Below the pieces are notes generated by a model. That model was not told the origin of the DNA. It ran no database searches and worked only from the letters and a program-made list of their open reading frames with translations. A DNA stretch of 64,000 bases, from contig JBBDTI010000067.1 of assembly GCA_040904565.1 (NCBI GenBank), positions 26,342 to 90,341 on the forward strand, written 5' to 3'. The first letter of the stretch is position 1. Every line of letters starts with the position of its first letter. Source of the DNA: Rhodothermales bacterium (lineage in GTDB: Bacteria > Bacteroidota > Rhodothermia > Rhodothermales > VXPQ01). This document shows, one piece after another, positions 18,265-28,169 of this stretch. The position numbers and the translations under genes are program-made.

Positions 18265-19368
18265 ATGCTTCGTATTCCTCTCCTTTCATCGCGTCCAGTA
18301 GGCATCCCGGCCATGCCCGCTCGATACGCCCTGCGCACGCCCCTCCGCTTATTGGCAGGGTTCGTCGCCGCATTCCTCGTGCTGGTCCTGGGAGCCGGCG
18401 TCGCTCGCGGAAGTGCCGTCGTTTTCGGTAACGACCCCGCGGACACGGTGCGCGTGGGGATGATCGGGCTGGATACGTCACACAGCACGGCCTTCACGCG
18501 TTTGATCAACGCGCCCGATGCTGAAGGCCTGTTCCAGCGTTACGAGGTGGTCGCGGCGTATCCGTTCGGCAGCCGGACGATACGGTCGAGTTACGAACGG
18601 ATCCCGGGTTACACGGAGGAGGTGCGGGAGATGGGGGTCGAGATCGTCGATTCCATCCCGGAGCTCCTGGCGATGGTGGATGTCGTGCTGCTGGAAACGA
18701 ATGACGGAAAGCCCCATCGCGAACAGGCGATGCAGGTCATCGAGGCGGGCAAGCCGCTGTTCATCGACAAACCCGTTGCGGCGGACCTCGCCGACGTGCT
18801 CGCCATCTACGATGCGGCCGAGGAGACCGGCGTGCCTCTCTTTTCCTCTTCGTCCCTTCGGTACATGGAGCACGCGCAGGACGTGCGCAGTGGGAGCATC
18901 GGTTCCGTTCGAGGCGCCTTTACGTACAGTCCAGCCGCACTCGAACCCTCACACGTGGACCTCTACTGGTACGGCATTCATGGGGTGGAGGCCTTGTTTA
19001 CGGTGATGGGGAGCGGATGCGCGCGCGTCGTACGGACGTTCAGCGACGGGGCGGAGGTCACGACGTGCCGGTGGGCGGACGGCCGCATCGGGACGTTCTA
19101 CGGGATTCGCGAGGGGCGGAGTGACTACGGCGGCACGGCCTTCGGCGATAGCGCGGTCGTCGCGCTCGGGCCCTACGGAGGGTATGAACCCCTGGTCGAA
19201 GCTATACTGGCGTTCTTCGAGACGGGTACGCCGCCCGTCCCGGCACGCGAAACCATCGAGATCTACGCCTTTATGTCCGCCGCCGACGAAAGCAGGCGGC
19301 GGGGTGGAGCTCCGGTGTCTCTGGAGGAGGTCATTCGGGCGGCCCGAGCCGAGGCATCTCCCGAGTGA
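18265..19368 (+). CDS. Gfo/Idh/MocA family oxidoreductase, exported
   Basis: VGMIGLDTSH, FIDKP, SSSLR, WYGIHGVE; N-terminal hydrophobic segment. Confidence 0.88.
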   Translation: MLRIPLLSSRPVGIPAMPARYALRTPLRLLAGFVAAFLVLVLGAGVARGSAVVFGNDPADTVRVGMIGLDTSHSTAFTRLINAPDAEGLFQRYEVVAAYPFGSRTIRSSYERIPGYTEEVREMGVEIVDSIPELLAMVDVVLLETNDGKPHREQAMQVIEAGKPLFIDKPVAADLADVLAIYDAAEETGVPLFSSSSLRYMEHAQDVRSGSIGSVRGAFTYSPAALEPSHVDLYWYGIHGVEALFTVMGSGCARVVRTFSDGAEVTTCRWADGRIGTFYGIREGRSDYGGTAFGDSAVVALGPYGGYEPLVEAILAFFETGTPPVPARETIEIYAFMSAADESRRRGGAPVSLEEVIRAARAEASPE

Positions 19369-19476
19369 TACATCCGGCGCCGCGCGCGTGACGTCCGCGG
19401 CACAGGTAGCCCCGTCCTATACTGTAAATGGTCGTACCTTCCACATCGCCTGCCATGCAACCTGTTACCTGAATCC

Positions 19477-20982
19477 ATGTCGATCCGGTATCTCATCTCG
19501 GCACTGCTTCTCTTCTTGATGGTCACCCGCGTCGGTCCGGCCGACGCATCGCGCCCGGACACCGTTCGAAACATCGTCATCTTCATCGCCGACGACCACG
19601 GCCGGGATACGGGGGCCTACGGCAATCCCGTCATCCGGACGCCCAACCTCGATGCGCTGGCGGAAGAGGGAACGCTCTTCACGCACGCGTTTGCCACGAC
19701 GGCGAGCTGCAGTGCGAGCCGCTCCGTGATTCTGTCCGGTCTCCACAATCATCGGAACGGACAGTACGGCCACACGCACGATTTCCACCACTTTCAGACC
19801 TTCGAGCACGTTAAGTCGCTGCCCGTCCTACTGGCTGAAGCGGGATACCGGACGGCCTCAGCCGGGAAGTACCACGTCGCGCCGGAATCGGTCTTTCATT
19901 TTGAGGAGTATATCGACGGCGATTCGCGCGACGTCGTGACGATGGTCGATAACGCACGTCCGTTCCTGGAACGAGATGCGGAAGAACCCTTCTTTTTCTA
20001 CCTCGGCACGAGCGATCCCCATCGCGGCGGCGGGTTGATGGCGGGGGACACGGAAGCGACCTATGGTGACGATGAGGCGTTCGCCCCGAACCGGTTCGGC
20101 AACCGGCCGGGCGGCTATCCCGGCATCGAGGAGGTGCAGTACGACCCCGACGACGTCATCGTACCGCCCTTTCTTCCCGATACGCCCGTTACGCGTGCCG
20201 AGCTGGCCCAGTACTACCAGTCCGTTTCCCGCATCGACCAGGGGTTCGGATATCTGGTGGATGTCCTAAAGGACGCGGGTGTCTACGAAAACACGCTCAT
20301 CATCTACATGTCGGACCACGGAATCGCCATGCCGGGCGCCAAGACGACGGTCTACGAACCCGGACTGCGATCCCCGCTGATCGTGCGTCACCCCGACCAG
20401 TCCGATCGCGGCGTCGTCACCGATGCGATGGTCAGCTGGGTGGATATCACGCCGACCCTGCTCGATTATGCCGGCGTCGAGGAGCCGACGTACGACCAGC
20501 ACGTCGGTCTTGAGGACGTACGCCGGCACCTGCCCGACCGGCATGGGCTCCACGGCCGTTCTTTCCTCTCCGTGCTTGAGGGCGAGGAGGCCGAAGGCCG
20601 TGACGCGATCTACGCGTCGCACACCTTCCACGAGATCCAGATGTACTATCCGATGCGCGTCGTGCGGGACCGGGACTACAAGCTGATATGGAACGTCGCC
20701 CACGACCTTCCATACCCCTTCGCCGCCGACCTCTGGGATGCCTCCACCTGGCAGCACGCCTATCAGCAAGGGCTCGATACCCCGTTCGGCGGACGTACCG
20801 TGCGCGAGTACATGCACCGTCCCGCCTTCGAGCTCTTTGACGTGCGGGTCGATCCGTTGGAGTCCGAAAATCTCGCTTATCGGCCGGGCTATGCCGACGT
20901 GCTGGCAGCATATCAGGCTATGTTGTGGCAGTTCGAAGTGAGAACGTCCGATCCCTGGCTACTCAAGTGGGAGTACGAGTAA
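19477..20982 (+). CDS. Formylglycine-dependent sulfatase, resembling N-sulfoglucosamine sulfohydrolase
   Basis: IADDHG, CSASR signature, GKYH, DPHR, SDHG, SHTFHEIQMYYPMR (sulfamidase-like motif). Confidence 0.9.
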   Translation: MSIRYLISALLLFLMVTRVGPADASRPDTVRNIVIFIADDHGRDTGAYGNPVIRTPNLDALAEEGTLFTHAFATTASCSASRSVILSGLHNHRNGQYGHTHDFHHFQTFEHVKSLPVLLAEAGYRTASAGKYHVAPESVFHFEEYIDGDSRDVVTMVDNARPFLERDAEEPFFFYLGTSDPHRGGGLMAGDTEATYGDDEAFAPNRFGNRPGGYPGIEEVQYDPDDVIVPPFLPDTPVTRAELAQYYQSVSRIDQGFGYLVDVLKDAGVYENTLIIYMSDHGIAMPGAKTTVYEPGLRSPLIVRHPDQSDRGVVTDAMVSWVDITPTLLDYAGVEEPTYDQHVGLEDVRRHLPDRHGLHGRSFLSVLEGEEAEGRDAIYASHTFHEIQMYYPMRVVRDRDYKLIWNVAHDLPYPFAADLWDASTWQHAYQQGLDTPFGGRTVREYMHRPAFELFDVRVDPLESENLAYRPGYADVLAAYQAMLWQFEVRTSDPWLLKWEYE

Positions 20983-21070
20983 TCACACATTGAAGGTTGA
21001 CCGGGGTACGCGTACACTATCGGGGGTCTTGGTGGTACATGTTATCGTGCATTTGACTCATAAGAAAATC

Positions 21071-22474
21071 ATGACACAATCGGCTCGATGGATCGCCCCG
21101 GCGGTCGTTCTCCTTCTCCTCCTGGCCGCATGCGACGCGCCGCAGCCCGCGGGCGAGGATGCGTCCCCTCCCAACATCGTGCTGATCGTCGCGGACGACC
21201 TGGGTTACGGTGACCTCGGGGCTTACGGCCAGCAGGAGATCATGACGCCGCGCCTCGATCGCATGGCCGAGGAAGGCCTGCGATTCACGCAGTTCTATGC
21301 GGGTTCTACGGTCTGCGCGCCTTCGCGCAGCGTGCTGATGGAAGGACGCCACACGGGCCGCACGTATATCCGCGGCAACAAGGAAGTTCGGCCGTATGGA
21401 CAGGAGCCCATCCCGGATTCACTGGTGACGATGGCGGAGGTGCTGCAAGAGGCGGGGTACCGCACCGGACTGGTCGGTAAGTGGGGTCTCGGCGGTCCGG
21501 ATACGCCGGGCCATCCCAACAATCAGGGATTCGATCACTTCTTCGGCTATCTCGGGCAGCGCCACGCGCACAATTACTACCCGGAGTTTCTCTTCTATAA
21601 CGAGGAGCGGGTAGACGTGCCGGGAAACGTCCTGCCGGAACCGCGCCGCGGTGACGGCGCGGGCGAAGCGATAGAAAAAGTCACCTACAGCCACGATCTC
21701 TTCGCGGATTCAGCGCTGGCTTTCATCGATCGGAACAGGAACCGGCCGTTCTTCCTGTTTATGGCGCTCACCATTCCCCACGCCAACAACGAGGCGGGAG
21801 ACCGGGGTATGGAGGTGCCCGACTACGGTCCGTACGCGGACGAGGAGTGGCCCGAGCCGGCGAAAGGGCTCGCGGCGATGATCTCGCGCATGGATGCCGA
21901 CGTAGGAAGGGTGCTGGATCGCCTCCAGGAGCACGGTATCGCGGAGAATACGCTCGTGCTGTTCACCAGCGATAACGGTCCGCATGCCGAGGGGGGCAAC
22001 GACCCCCACTATTTCGATTCGAATGGGCCCCTGCGCGGGATCAAACGGGATCTCTACGAGGGCGGCATTCGCGTACCGACGATCGCCTGGTGGCCGGGAC
22101 GCGTCGAAGCAGGGTCGCAGACGGATTACGCGGGCTACTTCCCCGACCTGCTGCCGACGTTTGCCGACCTGGCCGGCACGGCTCCACCCTCAGATATCGA
22201 TGGCCTCAGCATGGTACGGACTCTGATGGATCGACCGGCCGATCAGGAGAACCACGAGTATCTCTACTGGGAATTCTACGAAGGCGGGATGGCGCAGGCC
22301 GTTCGAATGGGCTCGTGGAAGGGTGTGAGACTGCCTGACGGCGAGATCGAGCTGTTCGACCTCGAAGAGGATCTGGGTGAAACGAACGACGTGGCCGCGG
22401 AGCATCCCGACGTGATAGCGCAAATCGGGGCCGTGATGGAAGAGGCGCACCATCCGTCGCCCCTCGACTGGTGA
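21071..22474 (+). CDS. Arylsulfatase (S1 family) lipoprotein
   Basis: Lipobox LAAC; ADDLGYGD, CAPSR, GKWGLG, TSDNGPH, EGGIRVP, YWEF. Confidence 0.93.
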   Translation: MTQSARWIAPAVVLLLLLAACDAPQPAGEDASPPNIVLIVADDLGYGDLGAYGQQEIMTPRLDRMAEEGLRFTQFYAGSTVCAPSRSVLMEGRHTGRTYIRGNKEVRPYGQEPIPDSLVTMAEVLQEAGYRTGLVGKWGLGGPDTPGHPNNQGFDHFFGYLGQRHAHNYYPEFLFYNEERVDVPGNVLPEPRRGDGAGEAIEKVTYSHDLFADSALAFIDRNRNRPFFLFMALTIPHANNEAGDRGMEVPDYGPYADEEWPEPAKGLAAMISRMDADVGRVLDRLQEHGIAENTLVLFTSDNGPHAEGGNDPHYFDSNGPLRGIKRDLYEGGIRVPTIAWWPGRVEAGSQTDYAGYFPDLLPTFADLAGTAPPSDIDGLSMVRTLMDRPADQENHEYLYWEFYEGGMAQAVRMGSWKGVRLPDGEIELFDLEEDLGETNDVAAEHPDVIAQIGAVMEEAHHPSPLDW

Positions 22475-22665
22475 GGCGTTTGCCGCGGGCGAAGTGTGAT
22501 AACGTTGACCGCGGAGCAGCCGGCGCATCGACGTTTTTGGAGTCATTCGCGGACTAACGTGAAGCGGCACCAGCTCTCATTTTGTTCGTACGATAGGCAT
22601 ATTGTTGTGCGCGGATCCACCGCGCACCAGCCGCGCACGATGCATGATGTTATGCAAGAGTCTCG

Positions 22666-25191
22666 ATGGTGACCGTCGTACGATTACTCCTGGCCGGTAT
22701 CGTTGTCGCGTCCCTTCCTTTTGGGAGCGTGTGGACGGGAACGTGGATCCGGTCCGTCGAAGCGGCGGATGCGCAGGTCGTCGATCGCCGCGGCACGTCC
22801 GATCGGCTCGCTGACGCGACGCCCGCGATCGTGCCGCATCCACAGGAGGTCCGATGGGAGCAGGGTACGCTTCATCTGCCCATCCTCCGTAGCATCGTCC
22901 TGGGACGTGGCGCGACGGACGGTGACCGGTTCGCGGCCGAGCTGATCCGTGACGAGCTGGAGCGACTGGACGTCGACGTGACGGTTGACTATGAGGGACC
23001 GGAAACGGCCGATCACGCGTCGATCTCCATCCGGCGGGCTACCGATCTGCGGGACGATGCCTATCGCCTGAGGATATCGCGCGAGGGGGCGGTTATCGAG
23101 GCGGGCAGCGAACGGGGGCGGTTCTACGGCGCCATGTCCCTGATCCAGATCGTGCGTGCGGAGGGAGGAAGGGTGCCGTCCATGCGCGTTTTCGACTACC
23201 CGGACCTCGCCGTTCGCGGCGTGATGGACGACCTCGTCCACCAGATTCCGAAGCTGGAAGAGTTCAAGCGCATCATTCGGTTTCTGGGAGAGCATAAGAT
23301 GAACGCGTACGTCCTGCCGGTCGAAGGGCTGTTTCGGTTCGGTGTGGACCCGACGGCGGGCATGGGTACCGTGTCGGTAGAGGAGCTGATCGAGCTCCAG
23401 GACTATGCGGCCTCCTATCACGTAGACCTTATTCCGGCCCTGCGCACGCTCGGCCATTTCGAACGCCTGCTCCGCTTACCCGAGTTTGACGGCCTTGCCG
23501 AGTACCCCGGTGCATCCACATTGAACACGCAGGATTCGGCAGCCTACAAGTTCGTCGGGCGGCTTCTGGACGAAATCGTGCCGGTCTTCCGGTCCGACTA
23601 CGTGCATATCGACGGTCGGCGATCCGACGACGTGGGTATTGGTGCGAGTGCGGAGGCCGTCGATTCTCTCGGTGTCCACGGCGTACACCTCCAGCATTAC
23701 AGCCGGGTCGCAGAGCTGGTCCACGCCCGCGGGAAGAAAGTAATGATCGGCGGAGACGATCTCCTCGATCCGAATTATGGCGGCGTAGCTGACGATCGAC
23801 ACGCCGACAACCTTTCCTTTGCCGACGTGGTGGTTACGGATGCGCGGCGACTGTCATCTATCCGGGATCGCAGCAGCTGGACGTCCATGCTTCTTTCCAG
23901 CAGCGATGTCCGTCCGCCGGATCGCGTGTTTCCGGATTTCGCGGCGGCGCGGTCGAGCGTCTCCCGGTCGGCAGAGCAGGCGGCCGACGGGGGTGCAGCC
24001 GGACTCCTGGCTGCCGTTCGAACGCGGGACGATGCGCCGGTCTTGCGCGCGATGCAGCGACGAGAGTACGCCTATGCTGCCGATCGAAGCTGGAACACGG
24101 ATCCTGAGACGGCGGATATAGACCGGCGCATCAATCGTGTCTTCTATGGATTTGACGACGCAGCAATGCACCGTCTAGCCGGCGCAATTGGGCGTATGAC
24201 GGACGAAGTCGTTTATCCGGATGTTTGGCGCCATCCCCTCCATCATGCGCCATCGATGGCGGCCGTCGTTGAACTCTCCACCGTTCCACCGGCCACGGAC
24301 TCGCGTCGGGAGGCAGAAATGCTGCTAACGGAGATAGAACACCTGCAGACCCTGGTTGCGAGGAATGCACAGCAGCTCGACTACTACGCATTCGCCGTGC
24401 GCTTTACGGCCTGGCTGCAGGACACGCAGGCGCTGGCGTCCTGGATGATGGAAGCTCGTCGGACGGATTCGGAACGTTCGACGCTGGATCGCGGTGCCCG
24501 CTGGGCGCGGGCGCTCACCGGTGAAGGCAGGTCGCTGGCGCAAGCGTATCGCTCGCTCTGGCTACGCTCGAACCGGGACGTTCACCTCGATCGGGCCCTC
24601 GACGCGTTCCGGTATCAGGTGGGTTATCTGGAACGGATCGCCGAGACGCTGGAAGAAGGATCCTGGGACGTGAGAACGACCCTTCCGAGCCGATTTGTCG
24701 GAGCTCCCGACGGTGCTTCTCGGACGGTCCTGCGTAAGACGTTCGTACTGGAACGAGGCCAGGTGGAGGTAGCCTACCTGCAGGTCGCCGGGCGAAACGA
24801 CGTGAACGTGTGGCTGAATGGAAACCGCGTCGGACAATCCGTAGGTCCGCAGTGGTCGGGTGTAGACGTCTGGAATGTGGCACCCCGTCTGCGTTCCGGT
24901 GAGAACGTCCTCGCGGCGGAAGTAGTGTATCGGGGTCCTGATGAAGAGATGCCTGCGCTGGCCAACATCTACCTCGAAATTCGCTTCCAGGATGGCAGGC
25001 GGCGATACGTAGGAACGGATCGGACGTGGAAGGCCGGCGGAGCCGCGGATACGGGTTGGCAGCGGAGCGCGTTCTCCGATGCGAGCTGGCAGCAGGCCGT
25101 CACGCCGGCGACGACGCGGATACTCACCGTGCCCTTGTTCGATCGGAGCCTACCTTCGAAGTACGAGCGCGTTGGCTCGACCCCACCGTGA
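22666..25191 (+). CDS. GH20 beta-hexosaminidase-like protein with a degenerate active site and a C-terminal beta-sandwich
   Basis: GH20b domain (IVPHPQ, DAYRLRI, GRFYGAMSL, DYPDL..RGVMDD); TLGHFERLL; HIDGRR where HIGGDE is expected. Confidence 0.75.
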   Translation: MVTVVRLLLAGIVVASLPFGSVWTGTWIRSVEAADAQVVDRRGTSDRLADATPAIVPHPQEVRWEQGTLHLPILRSIVLGRGATDGDRFAAELIRDELERLDVDVTVDYEGPETADHASISIRRATDLRDDAYRLRISREGAVIEAGSERGRFYGAMSLIQIVRAEGGRVPSMRVFDYPDLAVRGVMDDLVHQIPKLEEFKRIIRFLGEHKMNAYVLPVEGLFRFGVDPTAGMGTVSVEELIELQDYAASYHVDLIPALRTLGHFERLLRLPEFDGLAEYPGASTLNTQDSAAYKFVGRLLDEIVPVFRSDYVHIDGRRSDDVGIGASAEAVDSLGVHGVHLQHYSRVAELVHARGKKVMIGGDDLLDPNYGGVADDRHADNLSFADVVVTDARRLSSIRDRSSWTSMLLSSSDVRPPDRVFPDFAAARSSVSRSAEQAADGGAAGLLAAVRTRDDAPVLRAMQRREYAYAADRSWNTDPETADIDRRINRVFYGFDDAAMHRLAGAIGRMTDEVVYPDVWRHPLHHAPSMAAVVELSTVPPATDSRREAEMLLTEIEHLQTLVARNAQQLDYYAFAVRFTAWLQDTQALASWMMEARRTDSERSTLDRGARWARALTGEGRSLAQAYRSLWLRSNRDVHLDRALDAFRYQVGYLERIAETLEEGSWDVRTTLPSRFVGAPDGASRTVLRKTFVLERGQVEVAYLQVAGRNDVNVWLNGNRVGQSVGPQWSGVDVWNVAPRLRSGENVLAAEVVYRGPDEEMPALANIYLEIRFQDGRRRYVGTDRTWKAGGAADTGWQRSAFSDASWQQAVTPATTRILTVPLFDRSLPSKYERVGSTPP

Positions 25192-25339
25192 GCCTGATGG
25201 AGGGGGGCACCTGTGGGCGTATTTGCGGATTCGTGTACTACGTATGGCTGCTCCAGCGTGCGCAGCCCGACGCATGCTGCGATCGGTTGACTGGCTGTCT
25301 ATCTTACGTGTGGCACCATCAGAACTGACCTCATCGATC

Positions 25340-28153
25340 ATGCTTCGACTCACATCATTGACGGCCGCCGTATTCGCCGTCACATTTATAACGTGCGTAC
25401 CCGTTCGTGCGCTCCAGACCGATGTCGTTCCGCTGCCGGAGCACCCGCGGCCCGACTTCGAGCGAGCCGAATGGGTGAACCTGAATGGGACCTGGGATTT
25501 TCGCTTCGAGGATCCGGCTAACGACCGTGCGGCCACCGTGCTGGATGCTCCTTTTGCGCAGCAGATTCTGGTGCCTTTCTCGTGGGGAGCCCCGCTTTCG
25601 GGCGTCGAAGATGAGGCCGACGTCGGATGGTACCGCCGGTCGATCACGATCCCGGACGACTGGGAGGGACGGCGTGTCTTTCTCGTGATCGGTGCCGCCG
25701 ACTGGACCACGACGGTATGGGTGGATGGCGTGGAGCTGGGCAGCCATCGCGGAGGCTACACCCCCTTCGAGTTCGAGCTCACATCGTACGTAGAGGCAGG
25801 CGCCGAACATCAGCTCGTACTTCGCGTGGACGACACGCCGCACGACTTCAAGCTGGAAGGCAAGCAAGGGTACGGTCCGGCCCGCGGAATATGGCAGACG
25901 CCGTATCTGGAAGCACGCGGCACTTCGGCCATCGACCTGATCCATTTTACACCAGATCTCAGCGATCAGCGGGTGGGCGTGTCGATCCATCTGCTCGAGG
26001 CCGCTCCGGAGGATCTTTCCCTGCAGCTGGCCATTCGCGGCCGGGACGGTGCGTTCGAGGTTGAACGGACGGTTCCGGCCGGAACCGGATCGCTCGAGTT
26101 TAACGTTCCCGTAGCCGATCCTGTGTTGTGGACGCTGGAGGATCCGCACCTTTATGAGGTAACGGCGACCGTTTCGGGAAACGGCGCGCCCGACCGCGTC
26201 GAGACGTACTTCGGCATGCGCGAGATCGGCGTCGTCGATCTGCCCGGTACGGAGTACCCCTACATCGCACTCAACGGGGAACCGGTCTATCTCGAGACGG
26301 CGCTGGATCAGGCCTATCATCCCGAGGGATATTACACGTTTCCGAGCGACGCCTTCATGCGGGACGAGATCCTGCGGTCCCGTCGGATAGGTCTTAACGG
26401 CATGCGCATCCACGTGAAGATCGGGATCCCGCGCAAGCTTTACTGGGCGGACCGGCTCGGTATGTTGATTATGGCTGACGTACCCAACAGCTGGGGAGAG
26501 CCGACGGAGGAGATGCGCGGCGAGGTCGAGTACGCGCTGCGGGGGATGATCGAGCGGGACTACAACCATCCCTCCATCTTTTCGTGGGTACCCTTCAACG
26601 AGACGTGGGGACTCCGAACCGGGATCGATGGAGACGACGTGTATACGGACGACGCCAAGGACTGGGTGGTGTCCGTCGTCGAGCTCGCCAGAGAGATGGA
26701 CTCGACGCGGCTCGTGGAGGACAACTCCGTCTGCTGCGGCGTCGGGCACACGGTTACCGACATCAATTCGTGGCACATCTACACGACCGGTTACAACATG
26801 CCGGAGCACCTGGATATGGTCAGCGATAATACGTATCCGGGGTCCACGTGGAACTACGAGGACGGCTATCAGCACGGCGATCAGCCGCTCTTCAACTCCG
26901 AGTTCGGGAACGTGTGGGGCTACGAAGGGAGCACCGGAGACGTGGATTGGAGCTGGGACTACCACATCTTCATGAACGAATTTCGCCGGCATCCGAAGAT
27001 CTCCGGCTGGCTCTACACGGAGCATCACGACGTCGTCAATGAGTGGAACGGGTACTGGAAGTACGATCGATCTGAGAAATTCACGGGGCTCGATGCGTTC
27101 GTCGACGGCATGTCGTTGCGCGATCTGCACGCTCCGCTGTACGTTGCCGTGGGCGACCGCGGCGACCTGGCGCGCGACGTGGTGCCGGGGGAGGTCGTAG
27201 ACGTACCGCTCTGGGTTTCCTTCATGACGGGATCGGACGCGTACGGCGACGAGCTGCGGCTCGAGATCGATCTCCATACGATCGACCGGCTGGGCCGCCG
27301 GCGGCCCTACGCGAGCGCCGTCTTACCGGTGTCTTACCGTCCGTGGCGCTCGGAAGCGCTCTCGACGATCCGTCTGACGATGCCGGAGCAGCCCGGACTG
27401 GCGGTCGTGACCACGAAGCTCACCGATGGACTGAACGCGGTCCTGCATCGTAATTTCACGACGTATGTCGTGACGGGAGACGATCCGGAGATCGTCGAGA
27501 CGCTGGACGGTCGGCGAGCGCGGCTCGTTCGCGTCGCCGCGGCGGACTACGCGGACGCCGACTGGTCGGCCAAGGAATGGAACGTGCTGGATGGCCTGAA
27601 GGTGAATGGCGCCGGGAGCGGCTACTTCGAGTACCGGCTGCCCTGGCCGGACGACGTCGCGCCCGGTGATGTGGAGCGATCTTCGTTTTTATTCGAGGCA
27701 TCGGCCAAACAGCTGTACGGCAAGGACGTCGAGGGGGATGACGAGATGGACGGCGACTACATGCGCGGCGGCGGTGCGCACGATCCGAGCCTGAACCCCA
27801 ATGCCTATCCCATGACCGACGAATACCGCTTCCCGAGCGCCGTCACCGTGCGGGTCGGGGAGACGGTGGCGGGCGTATATGATCTGGAGGATGACCCGGC
27901 AGACCATCGAGGCATTCTTTCGTGGCACGCACAGCCGGAGGACAACCGTCTGCGCGAGGCGGGTTCGTACGGTTGGCTGGTCGACGTCCCCATCCCCCGG
28001 GAAGAGCTGGCACGTGCCGCGCGCGCCGGTGAGCTGGTGGTTCGTCTCGAAGTTGATGAGGCACTTCCGCACGGGCTGGCGATCTACGGGTCGCAATTCG
28101 GGCGCTATCCCCTCGATCCGACCTGGTCGCTCATACTGCACGACATCGAATAG
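25340..28153 (+). CDS. Glycoside hydrolase family 2 protein
   Basis: HPRPDF..W.NLNGTWDF, HRGGYTPF, GIWQT, LDQAY, RIHVK, NHPSIFSWVPFNETWG (acid/base), NSEFG (nucleophile). Confidence 0.92.
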   Translation: MLRLTSLTAAVFAVTFITCVPVRALQTDVVPLPEHPRPDFERAEWVNLNGTWDFRFEDPANDRAATVLDAPFAQQILVPFSWGAPLSGVEDEADVGWYRRSITIPDDWEGRRVFLVIGAADWTTTVWVDGVELGSHRGGYTPFEFELTSYVEAGAEHQLVLRVDDTPHDFKLEGKQGYGPARGIWQTPYLEARGTSAIDLIHFTPDLSDQRVGVSIHLLEAAPEDLSLQLAIRGRDGAFEVERTVPAGTGSLEFNVPVADPVLWTLEDPHLYEVTATVSGNGAPDRVETYFGMREIGVVDLPGTEYPYIALNGEPVYLETALDQAYHPEGYYTFPSDAFMRDEILRSRRIGLNGMRIHVKIGIPRKLYWADRLGMLIMADVPNSWGEPTEEMRGEVEYALRGMIERDYNHPSIFSWVPFNETWGLRTGIDGDDVYTDDAKDWVVSVVELAREMDSTRLVEDNSVCCGVGHTVTDINSWHIYTTGYNMPEHLDMVSDNTYPGSTWNYEDGYQHGDQPLFNSEFGNVWGYEGSTGDVDWSWDYHIFMNEFRRHPKISGWLYTEHHDVVNEWNGYWKYDRSEKFTGLDAFVDGMSLRDLHAPLYVAVGDRGDLARDVVPGEVVDVPLWVSFMTGSDAYGDELRLEIDLHTIDRLGRRRPYASAVLPVSYRPWRSEALSTIRLTMPEQPGLAVVTTKLTDGLNAVLHRNFTTYVVTGDDPEIVETLDGRRARLVRVAAADYADADWSAKEWNVLDGLKVNGAGSGYFEYRLPWPDDVAPGDVERSSFLFEASAKQLYGKDVEGDDEMDGDYMRGGGAHDPSLNPNAYPMTDEYRFPSAVTVRVGETVAGVYDLEDDPADHRGILSWHAQPEDNRLREAGSYGWLVDVPIPREELARAARAGELVVRLEVDEALPHGLAIYGSQFGRYPLDPTWSLILHDIE

Positions 28154-28169
28154 AAGTCAGCCCTTACGC

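Noticed and set aside
22496-22511. GATAACGTT-type LacI-like operator upstream of the GH20-like gene
   Set aside because: Only the 6-bp core is palindromic and no LacI gene is in the window.
25355-27277. 640-aa minus-strand ORF and similar long antisense ORFs (57079-59205, 34185-35627, 8405-9604, 1994-3115)
   Set aside because: Shadow ORFs opposite well-supported genes, expected in high-GC DNA, with no recognisable motifs.
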